Source of the DNA: Candidatus Omnitrophota bacterium
GTDB taxonomy: Bacteria; Omnitrophota; Gorgyraeia; JAGLLT01
Length of the DNA stretch: 34,145 bases
Reading direction: 5' to 3'
NCBI GenBank assembly: GCA_023140385.1
Contig: JAGLLT010000025.1
Location: 1-34,145, forward strand
In this document: positions 1-6,856 of the stretch, piece after piece
Position numbering within the stretch: the first letter of the stretch is position 1
Layout: each line of letters begins with the position of its first letter
The notes under the pieces: model-generated
Databases searched by the model: none
Told to the model about the DNA's origin: nothing
The model's input: only the letters and a program-made list of their open reading frames with translations
Position numbers and translations under genes: made by a program

Positions 1-396
1 ATTAAGGAGTTAGGCAGTCACTGCCTGGAGGATAAAAAGAAAGATTTTCTGAAGACGGTAAAGAAGGGCGATATTATCACAGCCGGCAGGAATTTCGGAT
101 GTGGTTCTTCGAGAGAGCACGCGCCTTTAGCCATAAAGGGCTGTGGGATTAGCTGTGTGGTGGCTGAGAGTTTTGCCAGGATTTTTTTCAGAAACAGCAT
201 TAATCTGGGCCTCCCGATATTAGAATGTGCCGAGGTTAAAAAGATTAAAGAAGGTGACGCGCTGGAGGTTGATTTGGATAAAGGCGTGATTAAGAATTTA
301 ACTAAAGATGAGACTTACAACACTCAGCCGTTTTCAGACTTTATAAAAAATCTGATTAATCAGGGCGGGTTGATGGCAACACTTAAAAAACCGTGA
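1..396 (+). CDS. leuD: 3-isopropylmalate dehydratase small subunit (5' end outside window)
   Basis: Frame is open from base 1 and reads ...[25 protein letters not shown]...[18 protein letters not shown], the LeuD/aconitase swivel signature; it precedes leuB. Confidence 0.93.
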   Translation: MKELGSHCLEDKKKDFLKTVKKGDIITAGRNFGCGSSREHAPLAIKGCGISCVVAESFARIFFRNSINLGLPILECAEVKKIKEGDALEVDLDKGVIKNLTKDETYNTQPFSDFIKNLINQGGLMATLKKP

Positions 397-411
397 ATAA
401 GAGTTTGAAGC

Positions 412-572
412 AAACCCTAAGCACGAAGCACTAAATACTAAACAATATCAAATGTTCAAAATGGGAAGTTCAAAACATAAGATTTAATGTTTGGAATATT
501 TGAAAATTAGAATTTAGGATTTATTTAGGATTTAGATATTAGGATTTAGAATTTATTTGGAGTTTGGGATTT
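412..572. repeat. Gene-less inverted-arm element with ~7-nt periodicity (empty copy of the four-helix-bundle element)
   Basis: A/C-rich left arm (CTAAATA/CTAAACA units) and G/T-rich right arm (GATTTAG units) are roughly complementary. 433-455 is identical to 1648-1670 (23 nt); 518-554 matches 2113-2149 at 34/37. Confidence 0.85.
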
Positions 573-587
573 AATTAAAAGGAGAGA

Positions 588-1703
588 ATGACGATGTATA
601 AGATAGCGGTTATACCTGGGGACGGAACGGGGCCGGAGGTGGTCAGGGAAGGGCTGAAGGTTCTTGAGGCCGTTAGCGGGATGAAGGGTTTCAAATACGA
701 ACTTGTCAATTATGATTTCGGCGGTGAAAGATATAAAAAAACAGGCGAGGTTTTGCCTGAATCCGCCATTGATGAACTTAGAAAAGTAGATACTATTTTC
801 CTGGGCGCCGTCGGCCATCCCGACGTCAAACCCGGTATTTTAGAGAAAGGTTTACTGTTAAAGTTAAGGTTTTCATTAGATCAGTACATTAACTTAAGGC
901 CGGTTAAATTATATCCGGGCGTCTTAACACCGCTAAAGGATAAGGGGCCTGAGGATATAGACTTTGTGGTAGTACGCGAAAACACGGAAGGCCTTTATGT
1001 GGGTGAGGGTGAGTTTACCGATAAAGATACCGATAAAGAAGTAGCTATTCAGATTTCAAGAAATTCTTATAAGGGTGTTGAGCGTTGTTTAAAGTATGCT
1101 TATGAGTATACTTTAAAGAGAAATAAAGAAAAGAAACTTACTCTTTGCGGCAAGACAAATGTTTTAACATACGCCTGGGACTTATGGGAGAGAACATTTA
1201 ATAAGCTCTCCGCTAATTATCCCGACGTCAAGACAGATTATGCTCATGTGGATGCTACCTGTATGTGGATGGTTAAAAACCCCGAGTGGTTTGATGTCAT
1301 CGTAACGGACAATATGTTCGGTGATATTATTACAGACCTGGGGGCAATGATACAGGGCGGTATGGGAATTGCCGCGGGCGGCAATATCAACCCTGAGGGT
1401 GTTTCGATGTTTGAGCCCATAGGCGGCTCAGCCCCGAAATATACAGGCAAAGACGTCATTAACCCACTGGCGGCTATTTGCGCCTGCGGTATGATGCTGG
1501 AAAATTTAGGCGAAACAGAAGCCGCCGCCATGATTGAAAAGTCGGTTATGAAAGCCACTACCATGATGGACAGCATGTCAGCCGGCCGAATGGGCTATTC
1601 AACTCAGGAAGTTGGAGACTTAGTAGTTAAACATCTGGATAAATCCAAAATACTAAACAATATCAAATGTCAGAAACACAAAACTCAAAAGTATACGATT
1701 TAG
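588..1703 (+). CDS. leuB: 3-isopropylmalate dehydrogenase
   Basis: IAVIPGDGTGPEV, NLRPVK, VVVRENTEGLY, DNMFGDIITDL and FEPIGGSAP motifs; AGGAG RBS; follows leuD. Confidence 0.93.
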   Translation: MTMYKIAVIPGDGTGPEVVREGLKVLEAVSGMKGFKYELVNYDFGGERYKKTGEVLPESAIDELRKVDTIFLGAVGHPDVKPGILEKGLLLKLRFSLDQYINLRPVKLYPGVLTPLKDKGPEDIDFVVVRENTEGLYVGEGEFTDKDTDKEVAIQISRNSYKGVERCLKYAYEYTLKRNKEKKLTLCGKTNVLTYAWDLWERTFNKLSANYPDVKTDYAHVDATCMWMVKNPEWFDVIVTDNMFGDIITDLGAMIQGGMGIAAGGNINPEGVSMFEPIGGSAPKYTGKDVINPLAAICACGMMLENLGETEAAAMIEKSVMKATTMMDSMSAGRMGYSTQEVGDLVVKHLDKSKILNNIKCQKHKTQKYTI

Positions 1704-2150
1704 AAGATAGAACATTAAAATTCGCGAGACAAATTAGGGAATTTGTTAAAAAGTTACCTAAAAATATAGCTAACATTGAAGACATAAAACAATTAGTGAG
1801 ATCTTCGGGTTCTGTAGGAGCAAATTATATTGAAGCCAATGAATCTCTGAGTAAAAAAGATTTTGCCATGAGAATAAAAATATCCCGCAAGGAGGTCAAG
1901 GAAAGTCGATATTGGCTGAGGCTTGTGGAGACCATGTCTAATTCTTTAGAAGAAGTAAGAAATGAATTAATTAGAGAAGCAACAGAGCTTATGAAGATAT
2001 TTGGTTCAATAGTAGAAAAATCAAAGTAAGTTTTGATGCTATAATTTAGAATTTTGCTTTTTTTTGAATTTTGCATTTGCTTTTGTTTAGAGCCTTTGAA
2101 TTTAGTATTTGAGATTTGTTTAGGGTTTAGATATTAGGATTTAGGATTTG
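1641..2150. mobile_element. Putative inverted-arm element carrying a four-helix-bundle gene
   Basis: The same left and right arms as 412-572 enclose ORF 1667-2029; it sits between leuB and asd. Mobility is inferred, not shown. Confidence 0.6.
1667..2029 (+). CDS. Four-helix-bundle protein (23S rRNA intervening-sequence protein / bAvd-like family)
   Basis: YDLEDRT..FA, QLVRSSGSVGANYIEA, DF...IKISRKE.KESRYWL and EL.KIF motifs; 120 aa. Confidence 0.92.
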   Translation: MSETQNSKVYDLEDRTLKFARQIREFVKKLPKNIANIEDIKQLVRSSGSVGANYIEANESLSKKDFAMRIKISRKEVKESRYWLRLVETMSNSLEEVRNELIREATELMKIFGSIVEKSK

Positions 2151-2205
2151 TTCTTAGTTAGTAATTTATAACTAGGTTTTAAGAATGTAAAGAGAGGTAT
2201 TACAA

Positions 2206-3216
2206 GTGAAGCAGTATAATATAGCCGTTGTTGGTGTTGGCGCGGTTGGTAAAGAGATACTTAAAACCTTAAAGACGAGAAACTTTCCGGTCGCGTCTAT
2301 TAAAGTGCTTGCCAGAAGCGCGCGTGAAATTGACGTAGACGGGCAGTCTTATATGGTAGAGGAAATAAGCCCTGAGTCTTTTAAGGGAATTGATATAGCC
2401 TTGTTTGCCGGTACCGAGGGTGAAAAGGGAGCTTCTGTTACTTACGCGCCTTCAGCTGTAAAAGAAGGAGCGGTGGTTATTGATAACGGGGCTGACTTTC
2501 GTTTGAAGGATGATGTTCCTTTAGTTGTGCCTGAAGTAAACGCGGCTGATGTAAAAAACAATAAAGGCATCATCTCCAATCCCAACTGTTCCACCATCCA
2601 GATGGTTTTAGCCCTTCATCCAATTTATAAGTTATCAAGAATAAAGAGAGTCATAGCTAATACTTATCAGGCGGCTTCAGGGGCAGGCCAGAGTGCTTCT
2701 GATGAGCTGTATAATCAAACCGCTGAATTCTTAGACGGTAAAGATTTAACCATTAAGGCCTTTAGTAAAAGAATTGCCTTTAATGTGATTCCCCAGATAG
2801 GAAGTTTTGGCGAACTGGACTATACTACTGAAGAGTGGAAGATGGTATATGAAACCCATAAGATTCTTCACGATGATAATATCAAAATATCAGCCACCAC
2901 TGTCAGAGTGCCGGTTAAAACCGGGCACAGTGAGTCTATATATATAGAGACTGAAAAACCGCTTTTAGTCGATGAAGTGAGGACAGCCTTAAACGCGCAA
3001 AGCGGTATCAAAGTGGTTGATGATATAAACAGCCTCCAATATCCTATGCCTTATGAGTCAGAAGGCACTGATGACGTCTTTGTAGGCCGCATTCGTAAGG
3101 ATCCTTATGTACCTGAAGGCCTATGGCTTTGGGTAACGGCTGATAACTTAAGAAAAGGCGCCGCCCTAAATGCCGTTCAGATTGCGGAAGCATTAATTAA
3201 TGATGGTCAATTTTAA
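2206..3216 (+). CDS. asd: Aspartate-semialdehyde dehydrogenase
   Basis: VPLVVPEVN, NPNCSTIQM (catalytic Cys), VRVPV..GHSE and DNLRKGAALNAVQIAE; GAGG RBS with GTG start. Confidence 0.97.
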   Translation: MKQYNIAVVGVGAVGKEILKTLKTRNFPVASIKVLARSAREIDVDGQSYMVEEISPESFKGIDIALFAGTEGEKGASVTYAPSAVKEGAVVIDNGADFRLKDDVPLVVPEVNAADVKNNKGIISNPNCSTIQMVLALHPIYKLSRIKRVIANTYQAASGAGQSASDELYNQTAEFLDGKDLTIKAFSKRIAFNVIPQIGSFGELDYTTEEWKMVYETHKILHDDNIKISATTVRVPVKTGHSESIYIETEKPLLVDEVRTALNAQSGIKVVDDINSLQYPMPYESEGTDDVFVGRIRKDPYVPEGLWLWVTADNLRKGAALNAVQIAEALINDGQF

Positions 3217-3934
3217 GCTTACTATAGAATATGACGGTACAAATTACAGCGGCTGGCAAATACAACCCCACCAAAGAACCATCCAGCAGGAAATAGAAAA
3301 ACAACTAAGTAAGATACTCAATCATAAAATAAAGATTACAGGCTCCGGCAGAACAGATGCCGGAGTTCATGCTTTAGCCCAAGTTGCAAACTTCAAAACC
3401 ACATCAACAATAAAACCCGCCAACCTAAAAAAAGCCCTAAATTCACTCATAAATAAAGACATCAAGATAAAGAGCATTACGAAGGTGTCAGATGATTTCC
3501 ATGCCAGATTTTCCGCCAAAAGAAAAACCTACAGATACCAGATAGCCCTAAAAGAACCCAGCGTCTTTGAAAGGTTCTATTACAACTACATCCCATACAA
3601 ACTAAACCTATCCCTAATGAAAAAAGAAGCCAAAGATTTATTAGGCACCCACGACTTCAAATCATTCCAAGGCTCAGCCCGCCTAGCCAAAAACACCAAA
3701 AGAACCATAACCAAAGCCTCACTCATAAAAAAAGAAGATAAGCTCTACTTTACAATTGAAGGAAGCGGTTTTCTATATAATATGGTAAGAAACATAGCCG
3801 GCACCCTAATTGAAATAGGAAGGGGCAAATTCCCTCAAGGCAGTATAAAAAAAATAATAAAAACCAAAGACAGAAGAAAAGCAGGACCTACAGCTAAAGC
3901 TTGTGGGTTGTTTTTGGTTAGGGTGGGGTATTGA
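3200..3934 (+). CDS. truA: tRNA pseudouridine(38-40) synthase
   Basis: EYDGT.YSGWQ.Q, GSGRTDAGVHA, FHARFSA, GTHDF.SF, FLYNMVRNIAG and GPTA...GL motifs. Confidence 0.97.
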   Translation: MMVNFKLTIEYDGTNYSGWQIQPHQRTIQQEIEKQLSKILNHKIKITGSGRTDAGVHALAQVANFKTTSTIKPANLKKALNSLINKDIKIKSITKVSDDFHARFSAKRKTYRYQIALKEPSVFERFYYNYIPYKLNLSLMKKEAKDLLGTHDFKSFQGSARLAKNTKRTITKASLIKKEDKLYFTIEGSGFLYNMVRNIAGTLIEIGRGKFPQGSIKKIIKTKDRRKAGPTAKACGLFLVRVGY

Positions 3935-3940
3935 TTTGGG

Positions 3941-4026
3941 TTGAATTGTATGTGCATGGGGTGTAAGATGGGTGTGTATGGTATTGGATTGCTTTAAAGG
4001 GAGAGTTTGAGTGTTAATTGTTAGGT
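3941..4026 (+). promoter_or_regulatory. Promoter plus attI-like entry module, copy A
   Basis: TTGAAT(3941)-17 bp-TAAGAT(3964); ends TTAATT|GTTAGGT (core 4020-4026); alignable to 9961-10045 and 7946-7992. Confidence 0.6.
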
Positions 4027-4058
4027 CATAGAGAAGGTCGTGAGAAAGGAGCAATGAC

Positions 4059-5561
4059 ATGCCTATCAAGATTGCCATAAGTCCAATCTCGGATACTCAA
4101 AAGAATTACTTGCTGATCGCTCAGTCTCGGCCCACCTCATCGCGGGCTATTGAGGCGTTGCTTAACGTTTGTTGTGACGAGGATATAACATCTGGACGGG
4201 AAGCCGTTCACCCAGAATGGGCTAAGATTTTTACAGTGAACATTCGGCAACTCAAAAAACAGCTTAAAGCTTCGCAGTTAGTGCAACTTGAGCAGATTTT
4301 CGGTCAAGCAGCTTTCTATGATCCTGCTGTGCTCAAGATTAATCTCTCTGCGTCACGTCTCGTCTTTCTTTTGGGTGCGGGTGCATCGAAACCACGACCT
4401 TCAGGTATTCCAACAGTTTCAGAACTATTAGTAGACCTGCTTCAGCGCGCACGCAAACTGAACCGCCAAGATCTCGATCGGCTTGCTGATTTCTGCGAAG
4501 AAGCAAACATTACCAACATTGAAGATCTTCTCACGGCAGCACAGTTATCGGAATTCTGTAGCCGGAACCCAACAGTTCTTCGCCTCATTGAGTTTCTCAT
4601 CTATCGCAAAGGGCGTGATGACTCCGAGACCCAGCCTTATCCCACCATGTCACATTCTCGAGGATTCCGTTTGCCAATCGGGGATCTGTCGGCGGTAGCG
4701 TTTCTACAAGACACCCTTCAGGTACTCTTTGGTCTCTTGTCCAGCCGAATGCTCCCGGCAAAGCCCAATGCAGCACATAAGGCAATCGCCAAATATGCGC
4801 ATGCCAACAAATCAACATCAATTGTGACTACCAACTATGACTGCTGTATGGATCTTGCGCTGGGGACCGAAGGAAGGGATTTCTCTTACCTGGTCGATTT
4901 CATGAATAAACAATCCTCTGAAAATCGAGCACAAGCAAAGAGCTCATTGATCAAGCTCCACGGTAGTTTGAATTGGTTTTACTGCGATACATGCCAGCAG
5001 GTCCATCAGATCGATATCAAGAAGACGATTAAGGAGTATCTTACAGACCAAGGATGCTATTCCGTTATTGCTGTATGCAGAGAGTGTGGCGGGCAACGTC
5101 GTGGATTAATTGTTCCACCTTTAGCCATGAAGTTTGATATGGCGCCGCCCCTGACACCGTTGATTGGGAGGACGCAGGAATCGTTCAATGCAGCAGACAT
5201 CATTATAGCTGTAGGTTTCTCCTTCGCCGACGCTGACTTATACATCTCGCGTATGCTTACTAAAGCACTACAATCCTCCAAGGAAACGCAACTGGTCGTG
5301 TTTGACCCGGATTACACTGTTGTGGAAAAACTGAGGCGACAGATGTCTTTACACGTCTCCGGCTTTAACCCAGGCAGGATTCTTAGGGTTGGAGGAGATT
5401 GTTCAGAAATGCTTCCGGCATTTCTGGCGAGACGGCTAAAGTTCATAAAGACTAAGCCGATGGTTGAATTCAAGGACAAAGCGATCAGGGTGCCAACGAA
5501 AGAGAGACAAATCCAGCACCGAACAAAAGCATCCAGGCGACGTCCTAAAGGTCGCAGCTGA
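4059..5561 (+). CDS. SIR2-family (sirtuin-like NAD-binding) protein with Zn-ribbon, possible defence effector
   Basis: VFLLGAGAS..SGIPT, IVTTNYD, LIKLHGSLNW, CxxC...CxxC, IVPP and VGFSFAD motifs; ~100 aa unassigned N-terminus; AAGGAG RBS. Confidence 0.88.
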   Translation: MPIKIAISPISDTQKNYLLIAQSRPTSSRAIEALLNVCCDEDITSGREAVHPEWAKIFTVNIRQLKKQLKASQLVQLEQIFGQAAFYDPAVLKINLSASRLVFLLGAGASKPRPSGIPTVSELLVDLLQRARKLNRQDLDRLADFCEEANITNIEDLLTAAQLSEFCSRNPTVLRLIEFLIYRKGRDDSETQPYPTMSHSRGFRLPIGDLSAVAFLQDTLQVLFGLLSSRMLPAKPNAAHKAIAKYAHANKSTSIVTTNYDCCMDLALGTEGRDFSYLVDFMNKQSSENRAQAKSSLIKLHGSLNWFYCDTCQQVHQIDIKKTIKEYLTDQGCYSVIAVCRECGGQRRGLIVPPLAMKFDMAPPLTPLIGRTQESFNAADIIIAVGFSFADADLYISRMLTKALQSSKETQLVVFDPDYTVVEKLRRQMSLHVSGFNPGRILRVGGDCSEMLPAFLARRLKFIKTKPMVEFKDKAIRVPTKERQIQHRTKASRRRPKGRS

Positions 5562-5576
5562 TACTTACCGTTAGAA
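5518..5576 (+). mobile_element. Integron attC-like recombination site (59-base element)
   Basis: ACCGAAC (R'') ... GCATCCAG (L'' region) ... GCGAC/GTCGC inner stem ... CTGATAC (L' region) ... GTTAGAA (R'); 59 bp; R'' is complementary at 6/7 to the GTTAGGT that starts the cassette at 4020. Confidence 0.8.
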
Positions 5577-5584
5577 GGAGAAAA

Positions 5585-5791
5585 ATATTCGAAATATTTT
5601 TTTACATTTTGTTTTATCCGTTATTGCTTGTTATTTGGAAAATTCCCAAAAGACTATTTTTAAAAAAAAGCTGGATTACGATGTTTGCCTTCGGGGGAGT
5701 TATATTAAATTTTATAAAATCATTCAAATTTAACTTTATATCCATAGCATTTTTAGCCATAAGTTCTATATTGATTTGTCGTCAACAATGA
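5585..5791 (+). pseudogene. Small hydrophobic ORF, probably a decayed cassette gene (in-frame ATA where a start is expected)
   Basis: AGGAG at 5576-5580 is followed by ATA TTC GAA ATA..., in frame with the hydrophobic ORF 5609-5791; it lies between two GTTAGAAGGAGAAAA copies. Confidence 0.4.
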
Positions 5792-5859
5792 CGGCAATAT
5801 CAGAGCAAAGCGGTTAATTTACTGCCTTTTGCGGCTGTTGTTAGAAGGAGAAAATAACT

Positions 5860-6630
5860 ATGACATTAATTTTAACAGAACTTAGCGGAAGAGGAATTAC
5901 AATGGCTGCTGATTCAGCTATTACGCTTAGAAATAGACAAACAGGCCTGTTTTATATTTCTCATGAAAGAGCAAAAAAATTACAAGAAATTCCATATCTT
6001 AATGCTGGAATTTCATGTTGGGGGATGGGCCAAATCGATACTAAATCAACCGATAAGTGGTTATCTGACTTTATTCAGTCCAATTCAGGCATTGAAACCT
6101 TATCTGAATTTGCAGAGAAATTAGTAAGTAAGCTTAATGATCTCATTCCAAATAATGACAATGGAGAACCACGGTTAGGCTTTCACCTATCTGGTTTTGA
6201 AAAAAATAATGACCAAGAACCAATACCATCTTTCTATCATATACATGATGGGCCCAGTGAGGTACTGAGAGACAGAGAAATCGATATCAATTCTAATCAA
6301 TTTAATGCGAATCATGATATGCCACCATTAATATTCAAAAGAGACATTTTATCTCAAAGGAAAGCTTATATAACACGAAATGGAGATTATACATTATATG
6401 CTCAGTTATTTAATGGAATTGAAACCTTCTTAAGAAGCATAGCTAATGATGGAATCATAATTCCGCATTCTATTGATTTAGAAGATCGGGCGGAGTACCT
6501 AGTATTTCAAATACGAACGATGGCTGAACTATACCGACTGAGTAATCTTGTTCCTGGTATTGGTGGGGCTATTGACTATTTAACTATTGATTCTAATGGG
6601 ATCCATAGTTCAGGGACGAGATATCAATAG
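5860..6630 (+). CDS. Proteasome beta-subunit-like N-terminal-nucleophile (Thr) hydrolase
   Basis: After Met removal: Thr1, GITMAAD17S, a KKL strand (Lys33 equivalent), GISCWG (Gly47 equivalent) and C-terminal GIGGAIDYLTI..NG, matching the proteasome/HslV fold pattern. Confidence 0.72.
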   Translation: MTLILTELSGRGITMAADSAITLRNRQTGLFYISHERAKKLQEIPYLNAGISCWGMGQIDTKSTDKWLSDFIQSNSGIETLSEFAEKLVSKLNDLIPNNDNGEPRLGFHLSGFEKNNDQEPIPSFYHIHDGPSEVLRDREIDINSNQFNANHDMPPLIFKRDILSQRKAYITRNGDYTLYAQLFNGIETFLRSIANDGIIIPHSIDLEDRAEYLVFQIRTMAELYRLSNLVPGIGGAIDYLTIDSNGIHSSGTRYQ

Positions 6631-6633
6631 AAC

Positions 6634-6749
6634 TTATAATAATTTGCTTCACGCTGACTATTGCTTGCATTCTTTCAGATGTGGTTTGTGCTAGATAAGC
6701 TTATATGTTAGAGTGATAATAAAAATGAAGCAATATAATACTGTTAAAA
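6634..6749 (+). mobile_element. Degenerate long attC-like site
   Basis: TTATAAT just after the stop (5/7 to the expected TTCTAAC); inverted pair TTGCTTCA (6644-6651) / TGAAGCAA (6726-6733); GTTAAAA at 6743. Confidence 0.4.
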
Positions 6750-6856
6750 TGACAAATGCAAGAGTTCTATATTGTAAACTAAGAAATTTTATTTCGCAAT
6801 AATGTTATTTTAAATAATACTTAATGTTCATTATGCATTAAAAGGGGATAGGTGGA

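Noticed and set aside
412..572. CRISPR array or simple microsatellite
   Set aside because: The units are degenerate 7-mers forming complementary arms, with no constant repeat plus unique spacers and no cas genes.
1667..2029. Diversity-generating retroelement (because of the Avd-like fold)
   Set aside because: There is no reverse transcriptase in the window, and no template/variable repeat pair differing only at adenines within a gene was seen.
3806..4078. Minus-strand 90-aa ORF across the truA end
   Set aside because: Its Thr/His/Pro-rich sequence is a by-product of the G/T skew and it overlaps truA.
4059..5561. Naming it Thoeris, DSR, SIR2-HerA or CobB
   Set aside because: The required partners or domains are absent, and the motifs differ from the CobB GAGISAESG/TQNID pattern.
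6707..6713. GTTAGAG as the R' core of the attC after the Ntn gene
   Set aside because: It lies inside the inverted pair rather than after it; a lone 7-mer is expected by chance.
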